Assembly (NCBI GenBank): GCA_029555385.1
Contig: JAKPSH010000207.1
Coordinates: 7,092 to 71,091 of the forward strand
Length of the DNA stretch: 64,000 nucleotides
Direction: 5' to 3'
Source: Pseudomonadota bacterium
GTDB taxonomy: Bacteria > Bdellovibrionota_C > UBA2361 > SZUA-149
Positions 18,831-28,341 of the stretch are shown piece by piece. Positions within the stretch are counted from its first letter, which is position 1. The number at the start of each line of letters is the position of its first letter. The notes under the pieces were generated by a model. The model did not search any database and was not told where the DNA came from. It saw only the letters and a program-made list of their open reading frames with translations. The position numbers were made by a program, and so were the translations under genes.

Positions 18831-19490
18831 TTAAGCGATATATTGAACCAGGTTCTGGGCTCCGCCGTATTCGCCGAGAAGCGCACTGAACTCACCGAGG
18901 AAGCCTTCCATTTCTGCTTCACTCACCACATCACTTGGCGCATAAATAATGCCGGCTGCCGATTCAGTCAGCGGCTTCAGTTTGCCCGCCATAGAATCTT
19001 TGATTGGATTGCCCAGCGGAACTCCCGCCTCCGGCGCACCCCCGCACACACAGATCAGGCCAGCAAGATTTATTGACTGCCCGCTTTCATTAAACACGTA
19101 TTGCTCGCCCGGTTGACCACAGCGGATACATATGGAGCCACTGAGTACACTGGCGTCCAGCAAACTAATGGGCAATCCGCTACGCAGAGAAAGGTAGTTG
19201 TTAATGTCGACCAAGTTATTGATGAACGGGAAGCGACCCTCTCTTGCCGCCTGCACCAAGTATTCACTCGCCGGCTTATTCCTGCCGCTCGGCTTAAAAC
19301 CACCGCGGCGAAGCAGATTGCGCACCCCATCTTTGAGCGCCGCAGGCGGAAATTCGGCGGCCATCCGCGCTTCAACCAACCGATCAATAAGCGCACGAAG
19401 CGAGGCGGGACTGGGCAGAACGGAAACTCCCTCCGCGAGAACAACCCCGGCCAGCAACCCTTGAGCCTTCAACTGATTGACCACTTCCAT
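18831..19490 (-). CDS. Stand-alone B3/4 domain protein (PheRS-beta editing-domain-like)
   Basis: GFKPSGRNKPASEYL, PFINNLVDINNYLSLRSGLPISLLD; GGAGG RBS before ATG 19490. Confidence 0.85.
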   Translation of the reverse strand: MEVVNQLKAQGLLAGVVLAEGVSVLPSPASLRALIDRLVEARMAAEFPPAALKDGVRNLLRRGGFKPSGRNKPASEYLVQAAREGRFPFINNLVDINNYLSLRSGLPISLLDASVLSGSICIRCGQPGEQYVFNESGQSINLAGLICVCGGAPEAGVPLGNPIKDSMAGKLKPLTESAAGIIYAPSDVVSEAEMEGFLGEFSALLGEYGGAQNLVQYIA

Positions 19491-19677
19491 ATTCGTTGAC
19501 CCTCCACCGGTTAAGCATCTGCCGGAAACAGAATAAACGGGCGCTCGATGCTGCGTGGACACACCAACGGCACGAGCGGGCAGCCGCACCCTGCCCGGCA
19601 TGCTCCTGTGCGAAATTACGGAGTTGTGCTACGTTACTTCCCCTAAGCACCGATCACAACAAGAATGGAGCCGGCGC

Positions 19678-19767
19678 ATGAAGGGAAACGATACACTAAT
19701 GGCAGCATTAAACGGCCTGATCAAGCAGCTTGGGCAGCCGAATTACCTGACAGAACAATTAGGCTGA
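19678..19767 (+). pseudogene. bfr: Bacterioferritin remnant with a large in-frame internal deletion (29 aa)
   Basis: MKGNDTLMAALNGL resembles the Bfr N-terminus (MKGDxKVIxxLNxL), fused directly to IKQLGQPNYLTEQLG*, which resembles the Bfr C-terminus (IxxMGLQNYLQxQI); GGAG RBS intact. Confidence 0.65.
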
Positions 19768-19775
19768 CGCAAAAG

Positions 19776-20984
19776 GTGCAGTTTCCCTGCCCGCACTATC
19801 TTACAGGCCGCTGCTGTTCGTGCTCTGTAGCCGCAGAAACTTCCGGTCCGGATGGAGGGACCGATCTGGCCGCGTACCTCGCTCATGCCGTCAGGCTCAA
19901 GGAGTCGCATCTCCAAGCAGAACTTGCCTCACTCCTGGCACAAATCCCGTCAGGCACCCCAGCCGTGCAGCCGATGTTCGCGCCGCAGACAGTTCTACCA
20001 TCACGGGCCAAAGCCAAAATTGCCGTATCTGGCGCTTTAGCTCAGCCGATCCTGGGTTTGATTGATGATAATTATCGCGGCATTGAACTGCTCGACTGTC
20101 CTCTCCACTTTCCTCTCCTCAACCGGCTTATTCGATATATTAGGGAAATGATCCCTCGTTACAAGCTGTTTCCCTACGACATCAACACGCGCCGCGGGGA
20201 ACTCAAAGCATTGCTGCTTGTCTGCCGCCGGGACGAAACACAAGCAATGGTTCGGTTTGTGCTGCGCAGCTCGGAGGCTCTGCCACGGGTGAAGAAAGCT
20301 GCGCTTGAACTGCAAAACACCTTCCCTGAAGCTCAGGTCATCAGCGCCAATATTCAACCGCTGCCTGCGGCAATCCTCGAGGGCACCGAAGAATACCTGT
20401 TTAGCTCAGCCGATTGCATTTGGGAGGACTATGGTATTTGCCGCATCGCGCTTGCGCCTCAGTGTTTTCTGCAGGTGACGCCCGAAACGGCATCTGCTCT
20501 TTACGCCCATGCAGCTTCGTGGACAAAACGCCTGGGAAGCCGCCGTATTCTTGATCTGTATTGCGGTGCAGGCGCTTTTTCTCTGGCCTGCGCCGCCCAT
20601 AGCGCTTCCTTACGCGGACTGGAAATTTCGCCGAGAGCGGTTGAGTGCGCCCGTTTGGGAGCCGCGGACGCGGCGCTACATGCCGTAGACTTTATTTGTG
20701 CCGATGCAGACTCGGATACGGAATCTCTAAGAGAATTCGAACCCGACACTGTTATCCTGAATCCGCCGCGGCGCGGTGCAAGCCCGGCGCTCATTGGCGC
20801 GCTTGTTCGCTCCCGGGTAAAAAACATCATATATTCAAGCTGCAATTTTGGGACCTTATGCCGCGATCTTAAACTCTTAACGGACGGCTTTGACTTAATT
20901 GAACTTGCTTCGTTTGACATGTTTCCGATGACGAAACACTATGAGGTGGTTGCAGTATTAAACAGGCGGGATAAGAGAAACTAG
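19776..20984 (+). CDS. rlmC: 23S rRNA (uracil-C5)-methyltransferase RlmC/RumB-type
   Basis: N-terminal CPHYLTGRCCSC Fe-S motif, LLDCPLH, LDLYCGAG, LNPPRRG, YSSCN, FDMFPMTKHYE; start uncertain (GTG 19776 or ATG 19665). Confidence 0.9.
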   Translation: MQFPCPHYLTGRCCSCSVAAETSGPDGGTDLAAYLAHAVRLKESHLQAELASLLAQIPSGTPAVQPMFAPQTVLPSRAKAKIAVSGALAQPILGLIDDNYRGIELLDCPLHFPLLNRLIRYIREMIPRYKLFPYDINTRRGELKALLLVCRRDETQAMVRFVLRSSEALPRVKKAALELQNTFPEAQVISANIQPLPAAILEGTEEYLFSSADCIWEDYGICRIALAPQCFLQVTPETASALYAHAASWTKRLGSRRILDLYCGAGAFSLACAAHSASLRGLEISPRAVECARLGAADAALHAVDFICADADSDTESLREFEPDTVILNPPRRGASPALIGALVRSRVKNIIYSSCNFGTLCRDLKLLTDGFDLIELASFDMFPMTKHYEVVAVLNRRDKRN

Positions 20985-21004
20985 AGGGCGGCATGCCCGC
21001 CCTC
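20984..21004. terminator. Hairpin between convergent rlmC and histone-like genes
   Basis: GAGGGCGG-CATGC-CCGCCCTC stem-loop; followed by TAGTTTCT on the minus strand. Confidence 0.6.
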
Positions 21005-21017
21005 CGTCGGCAGCAAA

Positions 21018-21176
21018 CTACTTCTTCTTCGCCACCTTCTTAGCAACTTTCTTAACAACTTTCTTTTTGGCCGGGGCTTTTTTCTTTGCGGGCATTTTGC
21101 ACGTACCGCAGCACTCAGCCATTTTTGCCTTTGGTTTTGCTTTAGCTTTCGTAGCTTTCTTAACGGCTTTAGCCAT
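21018..21176 (-). CDS. 52-aa Lys/Ala-rich histone H1-like protein with central CCGTC motif (not in ORF track)
   Basis: Translation MAKAVKKATKAKAKPKAKMAECCGTCKMPAKKKAPAKKKVVKKVAKKVAKKK*; GGAGA RBS; downstream hairpin. Confidence 0.85.
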   Translation of the reverse strand: MAKAVKKATKAKAKPKAKMAECCGTCKMPAKKKAPAKKKVVKKVAKKVAKKK

Positions 21177-21318
21177 AACTATTTCTCCGAATTGGATAAC
21201 ACAAAAACTGCACTAGGCGTTACCTTACCTATGTTTTAGCGATCGTCCAAGTAGAAAAGTGACACAGGCTGGCAAGTCTTGACTTCAGATGGAGAGCGCG
21301 CAGCGCGCTCTCGCGTGA

Positions 21319-21714
21319 TTACCGGCGGGCGAGGCACCGCGCTTCGGGTACAGCCAATGTCACTGGCGCGCGCCCCGGGAGCACCAGTTGGCGAAACACC
21401 ACCTCGTAAATCTCCCATTCCTTTCCGGACGTCGGCAGGATCAAACTGGCCCGGCGCTGGTGCAAACCGAAGCAGCTCCGGTGCGCCAGACGCACGATCA
21501 CCGTGTCCGTCACTCCCAGTCCGGCAAGCCATGGTGCTGCCGCGGGATCAAACGTGCACGAACAGTAAAGCCCGTGCCTCCACTCTGACCGGCGACTGTG
21601 CATCGCCGCGCGGACCTGCTCCAGGACAACCTGCCAATCTGCACTGGACCAACGGATAAACCGGTTCAGATGGTCCTTGCGCGCTTGAAATCCCATGCCG
21701 ATGATGTCTTCCAT
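21319..21714 (-). CDS. Hypothetical protein
   Basis: AGGAGA RBS upstream of ATG 21714; hairpins at both ends (21740-21785 and 21292-21312). Confidence 0.6.
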   Translation of the reverse strand: MEDIIGMGFQARKDHLNRFIRWSSADWQVVLEQVRAAMHSRRSEWRHGLYCSCTFDPAAAPWLAGLGVTDTVIVRLAHRSCFGLHQRRASLILPTSGKEWEIYEVVFRQLVLPGRAPVTLAVPEARCLARR

Positions 21715-21966
21715 CCCACGTTCTCCTGCGGAAAGTCTCCTTCGGGTCCGCAGGTTTGATTTTTTTCAAACTTGCGGGCCCGAAGTAAGGGATAAAGAAG
21801 ACACTATCTCCGGCAACCTCAACAAAACCTGATACGCTGCGTACTCTCGCTAGAACCATGAAATCACCCAAAGCTTTAGCGATAGCCGCTGGCGGTATTA
21901 CTATTTCCGCATAGCTTACTGTATTATTTAACATTTGGAAAGACCTGCTCTCAGCGGCAGGTAAGC

Positions 21967-22572
21967 CTACGGACGGGGCGGGTCCACGGGAACCGGCCCA
22001 CACGAATGACCTTTCCTGTACGGCAGAGTGATCGTGCGGGAGAAGTTTAACACCGGAGGCTGCGACATAATCATGCCGCAAACAAAACAAGGAATCTGCC
22101 CACCAGCCGTGATTGCGCAAAGACGGTCCGGATTATCATAATTAAAATAATCCGGCGGCGGGATGCATGCCGGATCCCACGGATTCATGAAGCACGGATC
22201 GCTCCACGGATCCCAGGTCAGCCAGTCCGGTGTCGGCGTTGGGCTTGGCGCTTCCAGGATGTCGATAATCCGGCAAACGATCGCTGCGGGTGAAATCATT
22301 TCCGTATAGGGCCTGGCCACCGCGGATTCGTACCGGGCGAGCGCATTAAAGAGAAAACTACGGGCATCCGTGCTGCATGTGCCCCCAGGAACGACAAGCG
22401 CCTCTCGCGCCGCTTCATGCAACGCGTCGGTAAACACCAGATAGCGCCGGAACGCTTGACCAAATTCAACAACCCCGATGACGAAGAAGAAGAAAATGCC
22501 GAACACTAGCGCCGACTCTACCAACGTAGCTCCCTCTTCGCTTCGCATCCTCAGACGGCGCGATAATCCCAT
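21967..22572 (-). CDS. TadE/TadF-family pseudopilin
   Basis: Prepilin motif EEG|ATLVESALVFGIFFFFVIGVVEFG, then ALHEAAREA; GGAGG RBS. Confidence 0.88.
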   Translation of the reverse strand: MGLSRRLRMRSEEGATLVESALVFGIFFFFVIGVVEFGQAFRRYLVFTDALHEAAREALVVPGGTCSTDARSFLFNALARYESAVARPYTEMISPAAIVCRIIDILEAPSPTPTPDWLTWDPWSDPCFMNPWDPACIPPPDYFNYDNPDRLCAITAGGQIPCFVCGMIMSQPPVLNFSRTITLPYRKGHSCGPVPVDPPRP

Positions 22573-22581
22573 CTTAACCTC

Positions 22582-23133
22582 CTAGCAGATCGGCTGCAAA
22601 ACAGCCGTCCCCTGCTGCACCACATTTTCTTCCGGCTTCATGCCGGAACGGGTAATCAGCTCGCTGCTCAAACAAGGCAGGCTCCAGTTAAGCGCAGACT
22701 GCCATCCGGGCAGCGCGAACAATCCCTGGCGCGGCCTCCGGCGTTGAATAACGACCCGCACAGAAGGCGCATCAATAATAGTTCCCCCGCGGACAAATAC
22801 AAAGTAATCCGCCGGATCGACAAAAAGCGAACCACTCAGCGTTTGATTTGCTGCCGTCAGCGCCACAAGCTGGATTGCATACCGCTGGTCCTCAGGCGTA
22901 TCCACCAGGGATGTTGGCGCCGGATACATTGACGCGGCCTGAGCGCCCGCCCCAGCCGCTTCGAGCATCACCGAACGTTCTTCGAGCACCAAACCGAGCT
23001 CAGTAACTCCAGCGCAAAAAAATACAAGGAGCCAGAGGACAAGCGCAAACTCAAGGATTGCCGTGCCGCGGCAAGCGTTCTCCGGCCTTGCTGCCCGAGC
23101 TGTGCATCGCATCTTGAATGGCCCGCCTTTCAT
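22582..23133 (-). CDS. TadE-family pseudopilin
   Basis: RG|TAILEFALVLWLLVFFCAGVTELG, then EAAGAGAQAA. Confidence 0.85.
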   Translation of the reverse strand: MKGGPFKMRCTARAARPENACRGTAILEFALVLWLLVFFCAGVTELGLVLEERSVMLEAAGAGAQAASMYPAPTSLVDTPEDQRYAIQLVALTAANQTLSGSLFVDPADYFVFVRGGTIIDAPSVRVVIQRRRPRQGLFALPGWQSALNWSLPCLSSELITRSGMKPEENVVQQGTAVLQPIC

Positions 23134-23144
23134 GTCTCTCGCTT

Positions 23145-25259
23145 CTAGTCAACCAGCCGTGGATCCGGCTTCGATGCAAACTGATACGAAGGCACGAGGC
23201 CGGTCTTGCACGCCATCGTCCCGCGCATGTTATTGCATCCGCTAAAGCCAACGCTGCCCGCCCCACCGGTCGAGGCAAGACACGCTTCATGCTGCGGATC
23301 TCCCGCCGGCGGACACTGATATGGCGGAACATTAAAGCCCCAGAGGTTGTCCGGAATTGCGGCGATTTCGTTGCAGTACTCCTTTTCGAAGGTGGAAACC
23401 CACGATGTTATCTCACTAAACATGATTCGCGGTGTTATCGGGGGAGGACGCCCGATATCCGCGTCGGAGATTTGCAGCTTCACAAATCCGATGATCTGGT
23501 ACTTATAGTTGAAATCATCTGCGATTGGCGGATCAACCGAAGCTTTAGGTGAACCCATACCCGTGCAGGGCTTGGCCGCCGCGCCTTTGTCCGCGATGAT
23601 CGGGATAGATACTTCCCACGCCGACATCGGTTCCAGCATAAAATTGAGAAATCCGCTGCAAGACTTGTTGCGCTCCGCTGCGGTGCCCCCCGCACTGACC
23701 TTGAGCCAGGTATTAATCAGATCATGAGCAAACCAGCCGATGGGAAAATGGCCTGCGTTCTGCGAAATATACTCTGGCGACCGGTACACGTGATGGGGAA
23801 ACATAGAGTTGCACATGCCGCTAACCAGCCGCGGCCCGCCAGCGGCCCAGTTCGCCACCGGTGACCAAACCGCCCCACCCTCGCAATGCGGCGTGGTGTA
23901 GTAATCACGGCGCGGGTTTACGCAGCCCAGATCGTTGCCTACCGGATAATTGTAGTACCATAACGGCATTTGGCCGAAAGTCGTCTTCTCGCCAGCCGTC
24001 ACATAATAAATTTCGGGGTCGAGATAATGATCCCACAGCGCTTTCTCGGTCAGAGAATCGGTGAAGCCTTGCGGCAATACCCGGAAATCCTCTCCGATCT
24101 GCGCCGGCACCAAATTTCCAGTCACCAGGATATTTGTTCTGATCCACTGTTCAATGCCAGACGGAGCCACTCCGGACGGCACAGCGCTTTCCGGAAGCCC
24201 GATGACGCCATAATGTTTCGAAATCTGCGACAGACGCGGAGCGCCGTCGAACCCTTGCACCCAACCAGCGACAAGCGGAAAAAAATCAATATCAAAAATA
24301 TCAGGCGAGCCGTTGTCGCAGTCTTGCGGGTCACAAAGCATAAACGTCTGGCAAGGGCTGACTGGGCAGATGGTCTGCGGGTCCACATTCGAACAATAGA
24401 TGTCAAAGGCATACCAGTCCTTGTTTTGGCAATTTGCTTCAAGCGGCATTTCTTCCCAGTTCGTATCAGGCAGGAAACCGCAGTTATCGTCGTCAAAGGG
24501 ATCGAGACAGTAGCGATCGGCGCGTGTGAAATATCTGCGGTATGGACATTGCTCCCGCGGACTGAATTCGGCTGAATCATCAAGAATCGCACATACCGGC
24601 AGCGCAATCGGTGCAATAGGAACACTCGGCTGATATAAGTCGCCGCCGATTGCCGTTGCGCTTGCGCGCAGGTCATACTGCGGGCCGAACGGCAGCAGCA
24701 GCATATGCAAACCGCGGCGCTGAAGCGTTACACGCACCGCGTTTGCTGCAACCGCCGGGGGAATACCCGGATGCTGCGTCTGCCAATTCTCCCCTTCATA
24801 ACCGGGAGCAGCCTCAAACGCCTCAAACCATGGCGGACTATTAGGCGGTGTAATTGCCGCCGGCGCGGAGCCGACCGGCCACCAGCGCCCGCGCTGAATA
24901 TCAACAGTATAAGTTCCCGAAGGATCCTCCCAGCGCGGACCGGTCCCGGCAGCCGTGCTGAGATTGAGTTTTGCTGAATCACGCGAAATACTGCCATGCA
25001 CGGCGTGCCGGTTGATAGTTTCTGCGGCAACGCTTTGCGCACGCTCCCAGCAGTAGCTTGAACCGCAAAGCGCTGTCGCACCCGATAGCGCAGCGGCATC
25101 TGCGGCAGCCTGGAGCTCTGTGCGCAGCAGCCGGACATAAGCCAAGTTGGCAACTACGCCCACCATTGAAATGAGCGCCAGCAAGAGCAGCGCAAACAGC
25201 ACAATAACTACTCCGGCTGCTCCACGCCGTCTGCCGCACTTGACAAATTGACTGATCAT
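23145..25259 (-). CDS. TadG-like Flp pilus-associated protein with a large Cys-rich extracellular region
   Basis: N-terminal Tad domain RRGAAGVVIVLFALLLLALISMVGVVANLAYVRLLRTELQAAADAAALSGA; 23 Cys counted in 704 aa. Confidence 0.85.
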   Translation of the reverse strand: MISQFVKCGRRRGAAGVVIVLFALLLLALISMVGVVANLAYVRLLRTELQAAADAAALSGATALCGSSYCWERAQSVAAETINRHAVHGSISRDSAKLNLSTAAGTGPRWEDPSGTYTVDIQRGRWWPVGSAPAAITPPNSPPWFEAFEAAPGYEGENWQTQHPGIPPAVAANAVRVTLQRRGLHMLLLPFGPQYDLRASATAIGGDLYQPSVPIAPIALPVCAILDDSAEFSPREQCPYRRYFTRADRYCLDPFDDDNCGFLPDTNWEEMPLEANCQNKDWYAFDIYCSNVDPQTICPVSPCQTFMLCDPQDCDNGSPDIFDIDFFPLVAGWVQGFDGAPRLSQISKHYGVIGLPESAVPSGVAPSGIEQWIRTNILVTGNLVPAQIGEDFRVLPQGFTDSLTEKALWDHYLDPEIYYVTAGEKTTFGQMPLWYYNYPVGNDLGCVNPRRDYYTTPHCEGGAVWSPVANWAAGGPRLVSGMCNSMFPHHVYRSPEYISQNAGHFPIGWFAHDLINTWLKVSAGGTAAERNKSCSGFLNFMLEPMSAWEVSIPIIADKGAAAKPCTGMGSPKASVDPPIADDFNYKYQIIGFVKLQISDADIGRPPPITPRIMFSEITSWVSTFEKEYCNEIAAIPDNLWGFNVPPYQCPPAGDPQHEACLASTGGAGSVGFSGCNNMRGTMACKTGLVPSYQFASKPDPRLVD

Positions 25260-25873
25260 TGTCCGGGTGATTGCTCTTCCATCCAGCCGAGTTTCCGGCG
25301 CAGACTTTCCAATGTCGCGCAGGCCTTTTGCGGATCGTCGTTGACCAGCCCTGCGGCGGCCTTCGTCTCGTCGGTAAACTGAACTGCCTGCGCAGTGCTA
25401 ACCTGACCGGCTTTGAAACGGCGGGCAAACTCATCATGCATCTGCACAAACACGCCGTGCGCATCATCACCGCCGCAGCGCCCACTGGCGGCTGCGGCAC
25501 GGCCGCTTTCCTTGGCTCTCGCAGACTTCGGCCCCGGGGAATGCTCGACGCTTGCTTCGGACGGCTCGAACGAAACACCGTAATATCCGGCCAGTCTGGC
25601 GTAGGCTTGACATACATCCGCGGCGGGACCGCGCTCCGGTGCAGTCTTAAGCTTTTTCAAGCGCGAAAAATATTCCGCCGCCTGCATTTGTTTTTCTTTC
25701 TTCTGGGGAACGCCATCCGGAAGCTGCTTTACCTCCTTAGCCAACACGGCGCCGTGGCGGCTAAGCATCATCTCCATGCGCCGCGCTTGAGCACGATCAC
25801 ACTGTGCGGCGGCCTGATCCAAAGGAAAAGACGAAATAAACAGCAGACTGACAACAAAGACTCTCATCTTCAT
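25256..25873 (-). CDS. Secreted hypothetical protein coupled to the TadG-like gene
   Basis: Signal peptide ending AAA-Q; 4 Cys in two similar helical halves; ATGA overlap with the TadG-like start. Confidence 0.75.
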   Translation of the reverse strand: MKMRVFVVSLLFISSFPLDQAAAQCDRAQARRMEMMLSRHGAVLAKEVKQLPDGVPQKKEKQMQAAEYFSRLKKLKTAPERGPAADVCQAYARLAGYYGVSFEPSEASVEHSPGPKSARAKESGRAAAASGRCGGDDAHGVFVQMHDEFARRFKAGQVSTAQAVQFTDETKAAAGLVNDDPQKACATLESLRRKLGWMEEQSPGQ

Positions 25874-26193
25874 GCAGCAAACAGAAAAGGACTCTGCGCA
25901 AATAATTGGTCCCCGGCACCTGGCTCAAGAGCCGGAGATTCCTGGTACATATACTCGCATACCTGACGAGGGACAATCGAAATTACTTTCTTGAGCCGGA
26001 CGTAGCTTCTTGCATACTGTATCCGGGCAATAACTCGCGGAGTCAGGAAGTCGCACTTCCTTTTGCGCAACAATATGGCAAACTGCGCACTGGATATTTC
26101 CTAGCCGCTTTGTAGCAAACACGTGCTTAAGGGCCGGTCCTATCTTTTCGATCGGTATTTTGCGATGTAAGTTACAGTCAAGCGCACAAAGAG

Positions 26194-26637
26194 ATGGAGG
26201 AAAGAAAGATGGGCCATGCTTCCCGGATGCTTCGAATTGCCGGCGCCATAATGTGTATCGCTGTAGTTGTTGGTGAACCGCGCTGTGCACAGGCGATCGA
26301 ACTGCAGATTTTCAACAACATGAAAGAAAAAGAACCAGGGTCAATTTTCATGATTGAAAACGCGCGCTCTGCCGAAGCTCCGGACAATAAGATCCAGTTC
26401 CGGGTGCTGCCTGGCGAAACCAAGAACATTACCGGCGGCAATGTGATTGCTTTTGTGCTGGTTCGCGTTTTTCACGACCATAAACTCAAATATGACGTCT
26501 CCTGCCCTGCCGACGCACAGGGCGCACACAAGATTACTTTAATCGATGTGCACGACAATAAGCTGCCGGGCGGCTGTAAGGTTGAGCGGACCGGGCATTG
26601 GTCGAAAATGACCGGCATGAACTGGGGCCATTTGTAA
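26194..26637 (+). CDS. Secreted hypothetical protein
   Basis: Signal-peptide-like N-terminus; beta-rich mature part with a Cys pair; start may be ATG 26209 (GGAGG RBS). Confidence 0.75.
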   Translation: MEERKMGHASRMLRIAGAIMCIAVVVGEPRCAQAIELQIFNNMKEKEPGSIFMIENARSAEAPDNKIQFRVLPGETKNITGGNVIAFVLVRVFHDHKLKYDVSCPADAQGAHKITLIDVHDNKLPGGCKVERTGHWSKMTGMNWGHL

Positions 26638-26689
26638 GAACGAGTCTCGCCTTCTTATTGAATTACCGCGTCCTTGCTCAGACATACGT

Positions 26690-27175
26690 CTAAAACAAAC
26701 TATCCGCCGGACGGCCTTGAAAGTGTTTGCCGCGTTTTTTGGGCTGCTGCTTTTTTATCTTCTTTTCCAACTGCGCCTTTTCGATTGCCGCCTCACCGAC
26801 CATGTTGGCTACTTTGTCTACTTTCTCTGAGACGTCGTTGAGACGAGTAATCAGCGTATTAGCATTCCAGTCGATGACTTCCTTATCCACCTCAATTTCG
26901 TGGCTGGTCCGATTCATCATATCACGCAAATACTCACGCTCTTCTTTTGCCTCTTTCATCTGCTGCGTGAGGCCTTGAAGAAAGTCTGGTATTTTTTCCG
27001 GTTTGATTTTGACCGGCACCATTTTCTCAGGCGGTTCGGGCTCTGGTTCACGCCAAGCGCCGGTTGCCACCCAGACAAATGAAACTACACAGATAAAAGC
27101 AGCCGCAGCCCAGACGCGGTGATCTGTCGTGACAATCAGTTTCAGGTCTGCCAGTGCTTGCTTGAGTCCGGTCAC
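26690..27175 (-). CDS. Single-TM coiled-coil hypothetical protein
   Basis: TM helix VWAAAAFICVVSFVWVA, Pro/Glu linker, heptad-rich region. Confidence 0.75.
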   Translation of the reverse strand: MTGLKQALADLKLIVTTDHRVWAAAAFICVVSFVWVATGAWREPEPEPPEKMVPVKIKPEKIPDFLQGLTQQMKEAKEEREYLRDMMNRTSHEIEVDKEVIDWNANTLITRLNDVSEKVDKVANMVGEAAIEKAQLEKKIKKQQPKKRGKHFQGRPADSLF

Positions 27176-27356
27176 GTTTCGCTAATCACTTGAAAAAATT
27201 AAATTCTTTCCCCCTTTAGTGTTATGGACCCACAGGAGCTGACCGTGACTTGCTTTGTGCCGGCCTGTATCGTGCCCCGCAAGCACCCGTGACAACTCCC
27301 TTTTTAGAAAGTCCGCTCTCAGCTATGATGGATGGTCTGGGGGGGTTAAATTACGT

Positions 27357-27797
27357 ATGTGCAGCGTCAAGACATTTGCCCTGGTTAAAGGCCTGCTCAC
27401 ATGTATATGTGTGCTGCTTTTCTCCGGCTGTCCGGCATTTTTACTGGGCGGCGCGGCAGTGGGCGCGGCCGGAGCCTATTATCTTGGCGAACTCACCGCA
27501 ACGCGAAACGCCACGCTCACTCAAGCCTGGCTCGCAAGCGAATCCGCCCTTGAAGAACTGGGGATCGTTGTTGTCAGCAAGGAAAGAGATGGGCTGACTG
27601 GAGTAATTCACGCGAAAGGCGCCGAAGAAAAGACTATTCGGATTCACCTAAAAAAAATCTTCGATGACGTGACTGAAATAAAAGTGCGCGTGGGCACTCT
27701 GGGTGACGAGATGCAGTCACGCATTATCTTCGAGCGTATTGAAAATTACCTTACCTCGCCACGCCCCGGCACAGTTCATCCCAAGCTGCCTTCCTAA
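27357..27797 (+). CDS. DUF3568-like lipoprotein
   Basis: Lipobox LFSGC, GGAAVGAAGAYYLGEL, and C-terminal TEIKVRVGTLGDEMQSRIIFERI typical of the family. Confidence 0.8.
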   Translation: MCSVKTFALVKGLLTCICVLLFSGCPAFLLGGAAVGAAGAYYLGELTATRNATLTQAWLASESALEELGIVVVSKERDGLTGVIHAKGAEEKTIRIHLKKIFDDVTEIKVRVGTLGDEMQSRIIFERIENYLTSPRPGTVHPKLPS

Positions 27798-27910
27798 TGT
27801 TTTGCTAAAACCCCGTAACTACAATTAATCTTTGTCCCCTTAAACGGCAATTTCTGCTATTTTTTTCTAATCTATTCCCATAACCAGCAGATAAAGGTAT
27901 TAATACGCCC

Positions 27911-28341
27911 TGCGGACTGCCCAGGTGCTCAAAAGCGTTCCAATTCAGGCCGCACGTTTGAATGTTCTTAACACCCGGCAATCCGAATCAGCGTTGACCC
28001 AACCGCCGCCTAAATAGGTGTTGGAGCGCAGCATGCGGCGGCACCAATAGCCGCAGAACTAATGCTCCTTAATTGTTAGTCCAGGGAAGAAGATTAGCGG
28101 CAATCCCTTTCTGAACCAGCGGCCAGTCGCCGGTTCGCAGAGAGATTGCTGTGGCATTTAAATGTTTTTCGAAGGTTTGATTGCTGCACGCTTGATCTTC
28201 AATGCGCATTAATCTGTGCGCAGTTTCATCGCTTTAACCGGTGTGTTCAGCGCTGGGCAGCGTGGAGGGAAATCGCTTTCCTTGCCCGCTGCTCAGCCAG
28301 GCAAACACATTTCACTCTTGGCGGCTGCCATGCAGTCCGCA
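27911..28341 (+). ncRNA. Candidate structured RNA / long 5' leader of gnd
   Basis: Ends pair perfectly (TGCGGACTGC 27911-27920 / GCAGTCCGCA 28332-28341) around several internal hairpins; family not recognised. Confidence 0.4.

Noticed and set aside
25870..26190. Possible riboswitch or small ORFs upstream of the Tad cassette
   Set aside because: No c-di-GMP (GEMM) consensus visible; the ORFs lack an RBS and recognisable motifs.
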